Part shown: piece by piece, positions 13,198-22,592 of the stretch | How the letters are laid out: every line of letters begins with the position of its first letter | How positions within the stretch are numbered: the first letter of the stretch is position 1 | Assembly (NCBI GenBank): GCA_965228895.1 | Contig: OZ245842.1 | Span: 2,839,964-2,903,963 of the forward strand | Reading direction: 5' to 3' | DNA length: 64,000 nt | Origin: Alphaproteobacteria bacterium | Lineage (GTDB): Bacteria > Pseudomonadota > Alphaproteobacteria > SP197 | The notes under the pieces: model-generated | Told to the model about the DNA's origin: nothing | Seen by the model: the letters and a program-made list of their open reading frames with translations, nothing else | The model's database searches: none | Translations under genes and position numbers: made by a program

Positions 13198-14367
13198 ATG
13201 AAAAATCTTGATGTTAACCGCATCTGTGACGGTATCCGCGAAGGCAAGATGTCGCGTCGCGAAATCCACACAGTGCTTGGTGCCGTTGGTTTCGGCCTGG
13301 CTGTCGTGCCGCTGACCAAAGGTGCACAAGCCCAAGAGATTGCCGCCGCAAGTTGTGGTGATGGTCATCCGATGACATTTACTTGGTCGGGCTACGACGA
13401 AGTTAACTTCCACAAACAGTACATCGCCGAGTACGGCTGCGCTTCGAACTTCACCTTCTGGGGTGACGAAGAAGAGGCCTTCGCCAAGATGCGGGCGGGC
13501 TTTGAGCCCGACGTCATGGCGCCGTGCACCTACGAGCTGAACCGCTGGTTCAATGCCGGCCTTTTGGCACCGATCGACACGTCGATGCTGTCGAACTGGG
13601 ATCAGATCATCCCGGCACTGAAGGAAGTGGATGGTTCGATTCAGGGCGGCAACCGCGTGTTCGTGCCAATGGATTGGGGCCAAACCTCCGTCACGTTCCG
13701 CACCGATCTGGCGCCGGAGTATGTCGACGTCGAGAACCACACCTGGGGCATCCTGTGGGATCCCAAGTATGCCGGTCGCCTGTCGATGATCGACAGCTTG
13801 ATCGACGGTGTCGCCGTTGCATCGATCTATGCCGGCCTTGAGGACCCTTACGACCTTTCCGACCCCGCCGATATGGAAACGACGGCCAATTTGCTGCGCG
13901 AACAGCTTCCGTTGCTGCGTTACTATTCCAACACCATGTCGGACGTCGAGCAGTCGCTGGCCTCCGGTGAGCTGGTTGCCGCGGCAACGTGGAACAGCTC
14001 GATCGTCGCGCTGCGCGGCCAGGGCCTACCGGTCATGTTCATGCAGCCAAAGGAAGGCGCGATGACATGGGTGTGCGGTCTGGTCCGTCATCCCTCCAAC
14101 GACGGCAGGGGCGAAGAGCAGATCGAGAAGGCGCATCAGATCCTCGACTCCTATCTCAGTGCCGAAGCCGGTGCGTGGGAGATCATCAACTACGGTTACG
14201 GTCACGCCAACCTCGGCGCCTACGAAATGGTGAGCGAAGAAGAGCTCGCCGAGCGTGGTCTGTCGAAGAACCCGGACGACCTGCTGGAAACCGGTATCTT
14301 CCAGGTGGAGATGACACCGCAGCAAGATATCCAAACCATGTTCGAGGAAGTCAAAGCCGGCATGTAA
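13198..14367 (+). CDS. PotD/PotF-like periplasmic solute-binding protein with a Tat-type signal (paralog 2)
   Basis: AGGGAGA lies upstream of the ATG. The signal is SRREIHTVLGAVGFGLAVVPLTKGAQA. The body is clearly paralogous to the ORF at 11855. Confidence 0.75.
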   Translation: MKNLDVNRICDGIREGKMSRREIHTVLGAVGFGLAVVPLTKGAQAQEIAAASCGDGHPMTFTWSGYDEVNFHKQYIAEYGCASNFTFWGDEEEAFAKMRAGFEPDVMAPCTYELNRWFNAGLLAPIDTSMLSNWDQIIPALKEVDGSIQGGNRVFVPMDWGQTSVTFRTDLAPEYVDVENHTWGILWDPKYAGRLSMIDSLIDGVAVASIYAGLEDPYDLSDPADMETTANLLREQLPLLRYYSNTMSDVEQSLASGELVAAATWNSSIVALRGQGLPVMFMQPKEGAMTWVCGLVRHPSNDGRGEEQIEKAHQILDSYLSAEAGAWEIINYGYGHANLGAYEMVSEEELAERGLSKNPDDLLETGIFQVEMTPQQDIQTMFEEVKAGM

Positions 14368-14395
14368 GCCGACCTAACTTCTTGATGGTGATCAA

Positions 14396-14429
14396 GGGCC
14401 GGGGTGGCGACGCCCCGGCCCTTTTCTTT
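14396..14429 (+). terminator. Rho-independent terminator after SBP paralog 2
   Basis: The stem gggccgggg / ccccggccc has an 8-nt loop and is followed by ttttcttt. Confidence 0.75.
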
Positions 14430-14517
14430 GCACCACATCGTCACAACAACGCTTGCCCTGCATGCTATAAGGCCGCGCATCAACCTTGCCTTCGTGCCGT
14501 GGTGAAAGGGGACCGCG

Positions 14518-15726
14518 ATGGCCGATGCCGAAACCCTGCACGTCGACGACTTCGTCGCGTTGACCATCGGGATCGTCGTCTACTTTGTCGGCGTACTGCT
14601 GACTCGCCGCTTTGAGTTGCTGCGCAGCTTCAACATTCCCGAACCGGTAACCGGCGGCCTGATCGCTGCGGGCGCGACCTATGCGGTGTTCGTCATCTTT
14701 GATTTGTCCATCACGTTCGACCTTTCGACGCGGGATGAACTGCTGGTCTACTTCTTTACCGCCATCGGCTTGAACGCGCGGTTTTCCGACCTGTTGCGCG
14801 GCGGGCGAGCGCTCGCCATCCTTCTGGTTCTGACGCTGGGCTACATCGTCATCCAGAATCTTGTCGGCCTGGCCGGCGTATCGATCTTCGACCTGCCTGA
14901 ACCGGTCGCCGTGCTGGCGGGTTCGGCGTCCCTGATTGGCGGACACGGCACGGCGATTGCCTGGGCGCCGGATATTGCCGAGCGTTTCGGCATCGAGAAT
15001 GCCATGGAGATCGGCATCGCCTGCGCCACGTTCGGGTTGATCCTGGCCAGCCTGATCGGCGGACCTCTCGCCAAAATCCTGATCGACCGCAACAACCTGA
15101 AGGCAGACCCTGACGCCGCCAACATTGTCGGCATCGCCTATGACACCGATGGCGGGCGCACGGTCAACCACATCAGCATCATGGCGGCGCTGCTGGCGCT
15201 GAACGTCGCCATCATCATCGGCTACCTGATCAACGTCGAACTGGAAGAGCGCGGTTTTAAACTGCCGCTTTTCGTGACCTGTCTGTTGGTCGCGATTTTG
15301 ATGTCGAACGCCGTGACGTATCTGCTGCCCCGGGTTCCCTGGCCGGCGCGGACCCGCGCGCTGGCCCTGATCTCGGACTATGCCCTCAACATCTTTCTGG
15401 CGATGTCGCTGATGAGCATGCAGCTATGGACGCTTGCCGGTTTGGCCGGCCCGTTGTTCGGCATCCTGATCCTGCAAACGATCGCGGTCATGCTCTTCGT
15501 GCTGTTCCTGTTGTTCCGATTCATGGGCAGTAACTATGAAGCAGCCGTGTTGGGCGCGGGCTTCGGCGGCTTTGCGCTGGGCGCGACGCCGACCGCGGTG
15601 GCCAACATGACGGCAGTGACCAAGGAACACGGTCCCGCCCCTAACGCCTTCATCATCCTGCCGCTGGTCGCAGCCTTCTTCGTCGACCTGGCCAACGCCA
15701 TCGTTATTCGGACATTTGTCGGCTAG
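14518..15726 (+). CDS. gltS: Sodium/glutamate symporter
   Basis: The product is a 402-aa polytopic membrane protein. The N-terminal region (VALTIGIVVYFVGVLLTRRF..LRSFNIPEPVTGGL) matches my memory of the GltS family. Confidence 0.7.
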   Translation: MADAETLHVDDFVALTIGIVVYFVGVLLTRRFELLRSFNIPEPVTGGLIAAGATYAVFVIFDLSITFDLSTRDELLVYFFTAIGLNARFSDLLRGGRALAILLVLTLGYIVIQNLVGLAGVSIFDLPEPVAVLAGSASLIGGHGTAIAWAPDIAERFGIENAMEIGIACATFGLILASLIGGPLAKILIDRNNLKADPDAANIVGIAYDTDGGRTVNHISIMAALLALNVAIIIGYLINVELEERGFKLPLFVTCLLVAILMSNAVTYLLPRVPWPARTRALALISDYALNIFLAMSLMSMQLWTLAGLAGPLFGILILQTIAVMLFVLFLLFRFMGSNYEAAVLGAGFGGFALGATPTAVANMTAVTKEHGPAPNAFIILPLVAAFFVDLANAIVIRTFVG

Positions 15727-16847
15727 GCGAATTCGCTCGCCTGATAGCTGGCCTTGTCCAGCCAGTCGGGGTTGATCGTCACACCCCACCCGGGACCGTC
15801 CGGGATCCGCACCTTGCCGTCCTCGGGCATCAGGGCCGGTTGGTAGAGATCGGTTTGCCAGGGATAGTAGTCGTCATCCGGCTCGATGGAGAACTCGACA
15901 TAAGGCCCGGCGTTGGCGATGGCACCCATCATATGCAGCGAGAAAACCGTGATCATGGAGAGGTTGGCGGAATGGGGCGTGCAGGGCAGCCCGGCTACCT
16001 CCGCCATACGCGCCACCTGTAGCGCGCGGGTCAGGCCGCCGATGTAGCAGATATCGGGTTGGACCACGTCGACCGCGCCGCTGCCGATGATGGTGCGCCA
16101 GACCGGCAGGTAGATGTCCTGTTCGCCGCCGGTGACATCGAGGTCGAGCGCCTGTTTCACCTCCCGCGTCCAGTCGATCTCCCAATACGGACACGGCTCC
16201 TCGAAGTGGACGACGCCGTTGTCCTGCAACATGTGACCGACCTCGATCGCCTTTCTGGGCGAATAGCAGCTGTTGCCATCGACCAGCAGGCGCATGTCAT
16301 CGCCCAGCGCCTTGCGCACCGCCGGCACTACCGCCTCGGTGCGGCCCGGCCATTCGTCGAGGTCATGGCCGCACTCGCGACCGACGCGGAACTTCACCGC
16401 CGTGTAGCCATGGGTTTCGCACAAGCGTTTGAGTCGATCCGCTTCATCATCAGGCGTGATGTCGCGCCGCATGCTGGAACCGTAAACGCGAAACGGCCTT
16501 GGCGTGCCACCCAGCAATTCGCATACGCTCTTGCCCTGGCGCTTGCCGCGCAAGTCCCACAGCGCCGTGTCCAAGCCGCCTAACGCACGGCAGATGTAGG
16601 CGCCCGGAAACTTGTGCTCACGTTCGAGAACCAGTTCGCTCAGACCATCCAGATCCTCGGCATCATGACCCAGCGCATGCGGCGCGACCTGCCGATGCAT
16701 GACAAGGGACGCAATGTCCGAGTGATAGGTGGAGATCTGGCCCCAGCCTTCAGCGCCGTCATCGGCGGTGACGCGCACGAATGCGACGAACTCGTTCGAG
16801 AACGTCTCGACCTTGGCGATGGTTGGTGCGTCAGAAGATGATGACAT
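15723..16847 (-). CDS. Enolase-superfamily enzyme (mandelate racemase/muconate lactonising family; probable acid-sugar dehydratase)
   Basis: The metal-ligand pattern is LLVDGNSCY / FEEPCP / GGEQD. I chose the ATG at 16847 (MSSSSDAPTIAKVE), which overlaps the end of the upstream ADH gene by 17 nt. Confidence 0.75.
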   Translation of the reverse strand: MSSSSDAPTIAKVETFSNEFVAFVRVTADDGAEGWGQISTYHSDIASLVMHRQVAPHALGHDAEDLDGLSELVLEREHKFPGAYICRALGGLDTALWDLRGKRQGKSVCELLGGTPRPFRVYGSSMRRDITPDDEADRLKRLCETHGYTAVKFRVGRECGHDLDEWPGRTEAVVPAVRKALGDDMRLLVDGNSCYSPRKAIEVGHMLQDNGVVHFEEPCPYWEIDWTREVKQALDLDVTGGEQDIYLPVWRTIIGSGAVDVVQPDICYIGGLTRALQVARMAEVAGLPCTPHSANLSMITVFSLHMMGAIANAGPYVEFSIEPDDDYYPWQTDLYQPALMPEDGKVRIPDGPGWGVTINPDWLDKASYQASEFA

Positions 16848-17910
16848 TGCGCAACGCCTCACCGCGCCTGACTGAGGCAATGGCCTCATTGATCTGGTCG
16901 AGGGGATAGCGCCCCGAAATCAACTCATCGAGCTTGAGCTGGCCATCTTGGTAGAGCGCCACGAGCTTGGGAATGTCGACGGCCAGACGGGTCGAGCCCA
17001 TCTTGCTGCCCAGGATGGTCTGGGCGTTGTTGGCGACATCGCCGATTTCGATTTCCGCCATCTCGCCATTGGCCGGCATGCCGACCATCACCATGGTACC
17101 GCCCTTGCGCATCAGACCGACAGCCTGCTCGGCCGCCTTGGTCGAACCGACGGTGACAAAGACGTAGTCGGCGCCGCGGCCGTCCGTCAGTTGCTTGACG
17201 TCAGCGACGACGTCGTTGCTTTTGGGATTGATGCCATGTGTCGCGCCGAACGTCTTCGCAGCCTCGATCTTGGCATCATCGAGATCCATGGCGATCACGG
17301 GATAGGCGCCGGAAATAGCAGCGCCCTGCACACTGTTCAGGCCGACGCCGCCGGTCCCGATGACCACGACACTGGCACCCTGCGGAACCTTGGCCGTGTT
17401 GACGACGGCGCCGAGCCCGGTGATAACGCCGCACGACAAAAGCGAGGCGCTATCAAGCGGGACGTCGTCGGGGATCGCAGCGACCTGCGATCGGTCGACA
17501 ACGACTTCTTCGGCGAAAGCGCCGGTGCGCAGCCCCTGCACCAACGGCTTGCTGTCGCTGTCCTGCAAAGGGCCGTGGCGGTCGAGGGGAAACTCGGCAT
17601 CGCAGATATGCCGGTCGCCTTGTGCACAATGGTAGCAATGCCCGCATGAGCGGATCAACGTGACGAGCACACGGTCACCAGGCTTAATGTCGTCGACACC
17701 AGGCCCGACTTTCTCGACAAGCCCTGACGCCTCATGGCCATAGACAGCAGGCAGCGTCCCGCCCCAGCCGCCATCCATATAGATGATGTCGCTGTGGCAG
17801 ATCGCGCAGGCGGCGAGCTTGACATGCACCTCGCCTGGACCAGGCGGTTCAAGCGTCACCTCCTCGATGACAAGGGGTGCACCAAACTCACGACAGACTG
17901 CGGCCTTCAT
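16831..17910 (-). CDS. Zinc-dependent alcohol dehydrogenase family protein
   Basis: CHSD and GHEASGLVEKVG are catalytic-zinc motifs. CGHCYHCAQGDRHIC is the structural-zinc motif. GTGGVGLN is the Rossmann motif. The start is the ATG at 17910 (MKAAVCREFG). Confidence 0.85.
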   Translation of the reverse strand: MKAAVCREFGAPLVIEEVTLEPPGPGEVHVKLAACAICHSDIIYMDGGWGGTLPAVYGHEASGLVEKVGPGVDDIKPGDRVLVTLIRSCGHCYHCAQGDRHICDAEFPLDRHGPLQDSDSKPLVQGLRTGAFAEEVVVDRSQVAAIPDDVPLDSASLLSCGVITGLGAVVNTAKVPQGASVVVIGTGGVGLNSVQGAAISGAYPVIAMDLDDAKIEAAKTFGATHGINPKSNDVVADVKQLTDGRGADYVFVTVGSTKAAEQAVGLMRKGGTMVMVGMPANGEMAEIEIGDVANNAQTILGSKMGSTRLAVDIPKLVALYQDGQLKLDELISGRYPLDQINEAIASVRRGEALRNVIIF

Positions 17911-18001
17911 GGCAAAACTCCGGGCAGAAAACGGCGGCACAATCTAGCGGTTTCGCCGTTCAGCGCATCAGCAAAGTGCAGGCCCGACAGCAAAAAAACG
18001 A

Positions 18002-19867
18002 TCACGTCTCCAGGCGGTAGACCTCAATCGACGCCGACCGGCCCTTCACCTCGTGGTGGCCGACCGCATGGACCACCGTCGAACCGTCGAGGGCCCGCCA
18101 TGTGGTATCGCTGATCAGCACGATGACATCACCGCTGGCCTGATCATCGAATGACTTGCCGAGCTGCTCCAGCCGCTGGCAGGTGTTCACGGTGTCGCCG
18201 ACGATGGTGTAGTTGACCCGGTCGGGCGCACCAATGTTGCCGACGATCACCGGGCCTGTGTGCAATCCGATGCGCACGCGCACGGCCTCTTCGCCACGTG
18301 CCCGCCGCTCGGCGTTGAGCGTCGCCATAGCCTCGGCAATGGCCTTGGCCGCACGGCAAGCGCGCATGGCGTGGTCGGGTTGATGTTCTGGCGCGCCCCA
18401 GAAGGCCATGACGGCATCGCCAATGTACTTGTCGACCGTGCCGCCCTCGGCCTCGACGCAGCTCGTGATAAGGGCGAAGTGTTCGTTCAGAAAGCGCGCC
18501 GTCTCAGCAGCCGGCAGGCGTTCGGCAAACGGCGTGAAACCGATGATATCGGTGAACATCACGGTGACCTCGCGCTCTTCGGACACGAAGTCGCGGTCCT
18601 CGATCATCAGGCGATGCACCAGCTTGCGCGGCACATAGTTCTCGAACCAGCGCAAGCCCGTCAGCATCAGATTGAAGGCGCCGTTGGCTTCGTCCAACTC
18701 GCGCATACGGCTTCGCGCGAGCGGGTCAACCTTGTCGAACTCGAGCGCGCCGATGCGCTGCGCCGAAATTGCGAGGTTGTGCACGGGTCCCGCGATGCGA
18801 TGGCCGATGAAGAACGCCGCCGCGACGCCCAACGCCAGCACAATCAGGCCCGCGATGATTGCCATGTTCAACCGCTCGAACTCGTCTTCGAAATCACTGC
18901 CGCGGTAGTAGCTGCCTAACAACCACGATACGTTCCCGAACGTGTCGATACGGTGATAGACGTAAAACCACTCCTCGCCGTCTATCTCAGTCATATGCGA
19001 TAAGACGCCGGAGCCCGAGATGTCCTCCGCCGGAAAAGTAGGCTCTTCCCATATTGCCGCAAGGATAGGGTCATCGACTTCGTCGATCAGCGGCACCGGT
19101 TTTTCCGGTGACAGGCCGCGTTCAATCGCGCCGACATCATCGGCCAGCGATGGATGGGCGAGGATCATGTCTTCACCCTGAAGAATGAAGACGCGGCTTC
19201 CGAAATCCTCTTCCAGTTCCGCAGCAAGACGGGAGAGCTTCTGGATTGAAACGCCGGCGCCTAAAACGCCGATGACGTCGCCATTGACGGACACAGGCCG
19301 ACGGATGGTCTGAACCGCGATCTCCAGGCCCGGCGACCAGACGACATCCCCCCAGCCGCCGCCCCGCATGTTGTCCATATCGTCGGTCAATGCATCGATG
19401 TCAGGTCCGCCAGCGTAGTCGTCGCTGATCCAATAGGCACCGCCGCCAACACGGCCGACGCCGCGAAGGCGTCCGTTCGTGTCGACGAAGATGATACCGT
19501 CAACCTGCGGCGTCGCCGCCAGCGCACCGGTCAGGACATCCTCCATCTGTTGATCATCATTGGGATCAAGCCGGCCGGCCGTGATCAGGTCATTGATAAA
19601 GTCGAGCTGGTCCTCCGCCGGTACCAGATGTTCTTCCAGCCGTGCCTCGACCGTGTCGATCGCGAAGACAGCTTGGTCCTGCAGCAGATCAATGGTCGAT
19701 TGGATGCCGCTCCAGATACTGATGACCAACACGCTCGCGGCCGCCAACAACACCAGCGCGCCCAGGCTCAGGCCCAGCAACATCGCAATGGGAATGCGCC
19801 AGGGCTTGCGCGCGTGCTGTGCCGCTGGCCCAGCATCAAGCCGTTCTGAAGATGTCCTTACCGCCAT
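18002..19867 (-). CDS. Membrane adenylate/guanylate cyclase with a periplasmic Cache-like sensor and HAMP domain
   Basis: An N-terminal TM helix is followed by a ~280-aa extracytoplasmic domain, a second TM helix, a HAMP-like segment and a class III cyclase core (VTVMFTDIIGFTPFAE, KYIGDAVMAFWGAP). Confidence 0.8.
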   Translation of the reverse strand: MAVRTSSERLDAGPAAQHARKPWRIPIAMLLGLSLGALVLLAAASVLVISIWSGIQSTIDLLQDQAVFAIDTVEARLEEHLVPAEDQLDFINDLITAGRLDPNDDQQMEDVLTGALAATPQVDGIIFVDTNGRLRGVGRVGGGAYWISDDYAGGPDIDALTDDMDNMRGGGWGDVVWSPGLEIAVQTIRRPVSVNGDVIGVLGAGVSIQKLSRLAAELEEDFGSRVFILQGEDMILAHPSLADDVGAIERGLSPEKPVPLIDEVDDPILAAIWEEPTFPAEDISGSGVLSHMTEIDGEEWFYVYHRIDTFGNVSWLLGSYYRGSDFEDEFERLNMAIIAGLIVLALGVAAAFFIGHRIAGPVHNLAISAQRIGALEFDKVDPLARSRMRELDEANGAFNLMLTGLRWFENYVPRKLVHRLMIEDRDFVSEEREVTVMFTDIIGFTPFAERLPAAETARFLNEHFALITSCVEAEGGTVDKYIGDAVMAFWGAPEHQPDHAMRACRAAKAIAEAMATLNAERRARGEEAVRVRIGLHTGPVIVGNIGAPDRVNYTIVGDTVNTCQRLEQLGKSFDDQASGDVIVLISDTTWRALDGSTVVHAVGHHEVKGRSASIEVYRLET

Positions 19868-19958
19868 GGGTCCTTCGTTTGCGCTGCTCTGGCGTGAACG
19901 TCAAGTCTGGGACGGCGTGAACGGCCGACCCACCGCGCCTACGCGGCCGATCACCCAA

Positions 19959-20549
19959 TCAACGTTCTTCGACCCCTTTGATCGCGATATCGATGAGTTC
20001 AAGCCTCCGTGCTGGCGGGAATCGGCGCGGCCGAGCGATGACGCACGAATAGATTCCGTCGGCCGCCGCGATCAGGCTGTCCGTGGCGTCCCGCAAACTC
20101 AGGCTCAGCGCCAATGAGCCGTCCGCCACCGCGCTTTCGATCCGGGATTGCACGATCTGGTCAAAGTGCTTGTACATGCGCCGAGAACGCTCGCCCATGG
20201 CGCCACTTTTCGGTGCAGCAGCCAGCCGGAGGAAGAAGACGCTGCCCGACACCGCGTCGGCGAAAAGACACAGGCGCTGAAGCGTGCGGCGAAGGGCGTC
20301 GCGTCCGTCGACAGCGCCCTTGGCGACCGCCGACAGATCGTCGAACAACCGGCGATCTTGAAGATCGAGCGCATGAGCGATCAATGCCTCTCGGTCGCCG
20401 AAGTAATGGGTCAGCAGTCCGGTCGTCGAACCCAGCTCCGCCGCGATCTTACGCATCGTGACCTGCTCCAGCCCATCACGCGCCATAACCGTCAGAACGG
20501 CCTCGGCAATCTGCGCCCTCTGGGCTCCGTGATCGACGTGTCTGGGCAT
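19959..20549 (-). CDS. TetR family transcriptional regulator
   Basis: The HTH is VTMRKIAAELGSTTGLLTHYF. The ATG at 20549 is preferred over the TTG at 20564. Confidence 0.85.
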   Translation of the reverse strand: MPRHVDHGAQRAQIAEAVLTVMARDGLEQVTMRKIAAELGSTTGLLTHYFGDREALIAHALDLQDRRLFDDLSAVAKGAVDGRDALRRTLQRLCLFADAVSGSVFFLRLAAAPKSGAMGERSRRMYKHFDQIVQSRIESAVADGSLALSLSLRDATDSLIAAADGIYSCVIARPRRFPPARRLELIDIAIKGVEER

Positions 20550-20558
20550 GTTATTTCG

Positions 20559-20594
20559 TAACAAAACAATTGTTGCGCAACAACTGTTTTGTTA
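20559..20594. promoter_or_regulatory. 36-bp near-perfect palindrome; candidate TetR operator
   Basis: The sequence taacaaaacaattgttgcg/cgcaacaactgttttgtta has one mismatch between its two overlapping 19-nt arms. It sits 10 bp from the TetR start, in the divergent intergenic region with the ureohydrolase gene. Confidence 0.6.
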
Positions 20595-20670
20595 TGAGTC
20601 ACTGCCATCATGGCCAGAGCACCGGCGGCATCATTCACGCCGACGCGCGTCATCGAAGAGGAACCGAAGC

Positions 20671-21672
20671 ATGACCGAGTTCGATATCGAGAAAGCCAAG
20701 AAAGAGATGGAGGCCTGGTATTGGTGGGGCATTCAGACGTTCTTCAAGTGCCCGTGGAACGAGGACCCCAACGACTGCGATATCGCGCTGATCGGCGTGC
20801 CCCACAGTTCCGGCAACGGTTCAACCGAGCGCGACCAACATCTGGGCCCACGCGCCGTGCGTAACGTCTCCGGCTGGCACCGGCGCGGCCATCAGGCGTT
20901 CGGCATGGTGCCGTGGGACGTCTGCCGCATCCACGACCTCGGTGACGTGCCGCTGCCCCAGGCCATGGTCAACGACATCAGCGTCGAGCATATCGAAGCC
21001 TATTACAAAACGGTCGACGAAGCCGGCGCGCGCCCGGTCTCAATCGGTGGCGACCATGCGATCACCGGACCTATTTTGAAGGCGATCGCCGGCGCCAACG
21101 CCAAGACCACGGGGGGCGAGAAAGCCGCCCTGCTCCACTTCGACGCGCACCGCGACGACTACATGCACATCCCCCACTGGCTCGGCAACATACGTTCGGC
21201 GGCCCACTGGGCGGCCTATACGGTGGTCGAGGAACATGTCGACCCGTCGAAAAGCATTCAGGTCGGCATGCGGGGCAACCCGATCAAGCCGCGACCGGAC
21301 ATCTACGAGAGCAAGCTGGGCTATCAACTGTTGCCGGCTGAGGATTTTCACAAGATCGGCGTCGAGGAAACCATCAAGATCATTCGCGAACGGGTCGGCG
21401 ACGCGCCGCTTTACATCACCTTCGATCTCGACGTGCTGGATGCCACCGAAGCGCCGGGCGTCGCGAACCTGGAGCCGGTCCATCGCGGCATGCGCGGTTG
21501 GCAGATCGTCGAGATCTTCCATGGCCTGCGCGGCATGAACATCATCGGCGCCGACATCGTCTGCCTGATCCCGTCAAAGGACACCGCCGCCAAGATCACC
21601 TCGATGACGGCGATGGTCCTGATGTTCGAGATGGTCGCCCTGATCGCCGACAGCATCCAGACGACACGGTAG
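20671..21672 (+). CDS. Agmatinase/arginase-family ureohydrolase (guanidino-compound hydrolase)
   Basis: The Mn-ligand motifs are GGDHAITGPILKA, LHFDAHRD and ITFDLDVLD. The start is the ATG at 20671 (MTEFDIEKAKKE). Confidence 0.85.
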   Translation: MTEFDIEKAKKEMEAWYWWGIQTFFKCPWNEDPNDCDIALIGVPHSSGNGSTERDQHLGPRAVRNVSGWHRRGHQAFGMVPWDVCRIHDLGDVPLPQAMVNDISVEHIEAYYKTVDEAGARPVSIGGDHAITGPILKAIAGANAKTTGGEKAALLHFDAHRDDYMHIPHWLGNIRSAAHWAAYTVVEEHVDPSKSIQVGMRGNPIKPRPDIYESKLGYQLLPAEDFHKIGVEETIKIIRERVGDAPLYITFDLDVLDATEAPGVANLEPVHRGMRGWQIVEIFHGLRGMNIIGADIVCLIPSKDTAAKITSMTAMVLMFEMVALIADSIQTTR

Positions 21673-21694
21673 GCGAAGCAGTATAGCGACCAGG

Positions 21695-22588
21695 TCAGGC
21701 CGCCTTTTCCGCCAGCACCTTCGCCATGGTTGAGCCAAGCTCGGCCGGGCTTGGCGCCACGGCAATGCCGGCTTCCTTCAGGATCTCGACCTTTTCAGCG
21801 GCGCTTTCGCCGAATGCCGAGATGATCGCGCCAGCATGGCCCATCTTGCGGCCCTTCGGCGCGGTCAGGCCGGCGACATAAGCCACCACCGGCTTCGACA
21901 TGTTCTCCTTGGCGAACTGGGCGGCCTCGGCTTCCTGGGGACCGCCGATCTCGCCGATCATCATGACCGCGTGGGTTTCCGGATCCTGCTCGAACAGCTC
22001 CAGGATGTCGCGGAACGAGCTGCCGTTGATCGGATCGCCGCCGATGCCGACGCTGGTCGAAATACCGATGCCGAGATCCTGCATCTGCGACGCCGCTTCA
22101 TAACCCAGCGTGCCCGAGCGGCCGACAATACCGATATTGCCCTGGGCATAGATGTGGCCGGGCATGATGCCCATCATCGCCTTGCCCGGGCTAATGACGC
22201 CGGCGCAGTTGGGTCCGATCAGACGCATGCGCTTCTCGTAGCGGTAGCGACGCATATAGCGCTTCACATGCATCATGTCCTGGGCCGGGATGCCGTCGGT
22301 GATGGAGACGCAGAAGCTGATGCCGGCGTCCGCGGCCTCCATGATCGAGTCCGCGGCAAACGGCGGCGGCACCAGCACCAGACTGGCTTGCGCGCCGGTC
22401 TCACGCACCGCGTCCTTGACCGTGTTGAAGACCGGCTTGCCCAGATGGGTGGTGCCGCCTTTGCCCGGCGTCACCCCGCCGACCACGTTGGTGCCGTAGT
22501 CGATGGCTTCCTGGGCATGGAAGGTGCCGGTCTTGCCGGTGAAACCCTGCACGATGACCGGTGTCGTTTCGTTGAGAAGAATGCTCAT
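21695..22588 (-). CDS. mtkB: Malate--CoA ligase (malate thiokinase) beta/small subunit; SucD paralog
   Basis: The SucD fold is present (GFTGKTGTFH, SRSGTLGYEA-type, GHAGAII). It also carries SITDGIPAQDMMHVKRYMRRYRYEKR, which I recall as MtkB-like rather than SucD-like. It is adjacent to mtkA-like and sga-like genes. Confidence 0.6.
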   Translation of the reverse strand: MSILLNETTPVIVQGFTGKTGTFHAQEAIDYGTNVVGGVTPGKGGTTHLGKPVFNTVKDAVRETGAQASLVLVPPPFAADSIMEAADAGISFCVSITDGIPAQDMMHVKRYMRRYRYEKRMRLIGPNCAGVISPGKAMMGIMPGHIYAQGNIGIVGRSGTLGYEAASQMQDLGIGISTSVGIGGDPINGSSFRDILELFEQDPETHAVMMIGEIGGPQEAEAAQFAKENMSKPVVAYVAGLTAPKGRKMGHAGAIISAFGESAAEKVEILKEAGIAVAPSPAELGSTMAKVLAEKAA

Positions 22589-22592
22589 CGCC

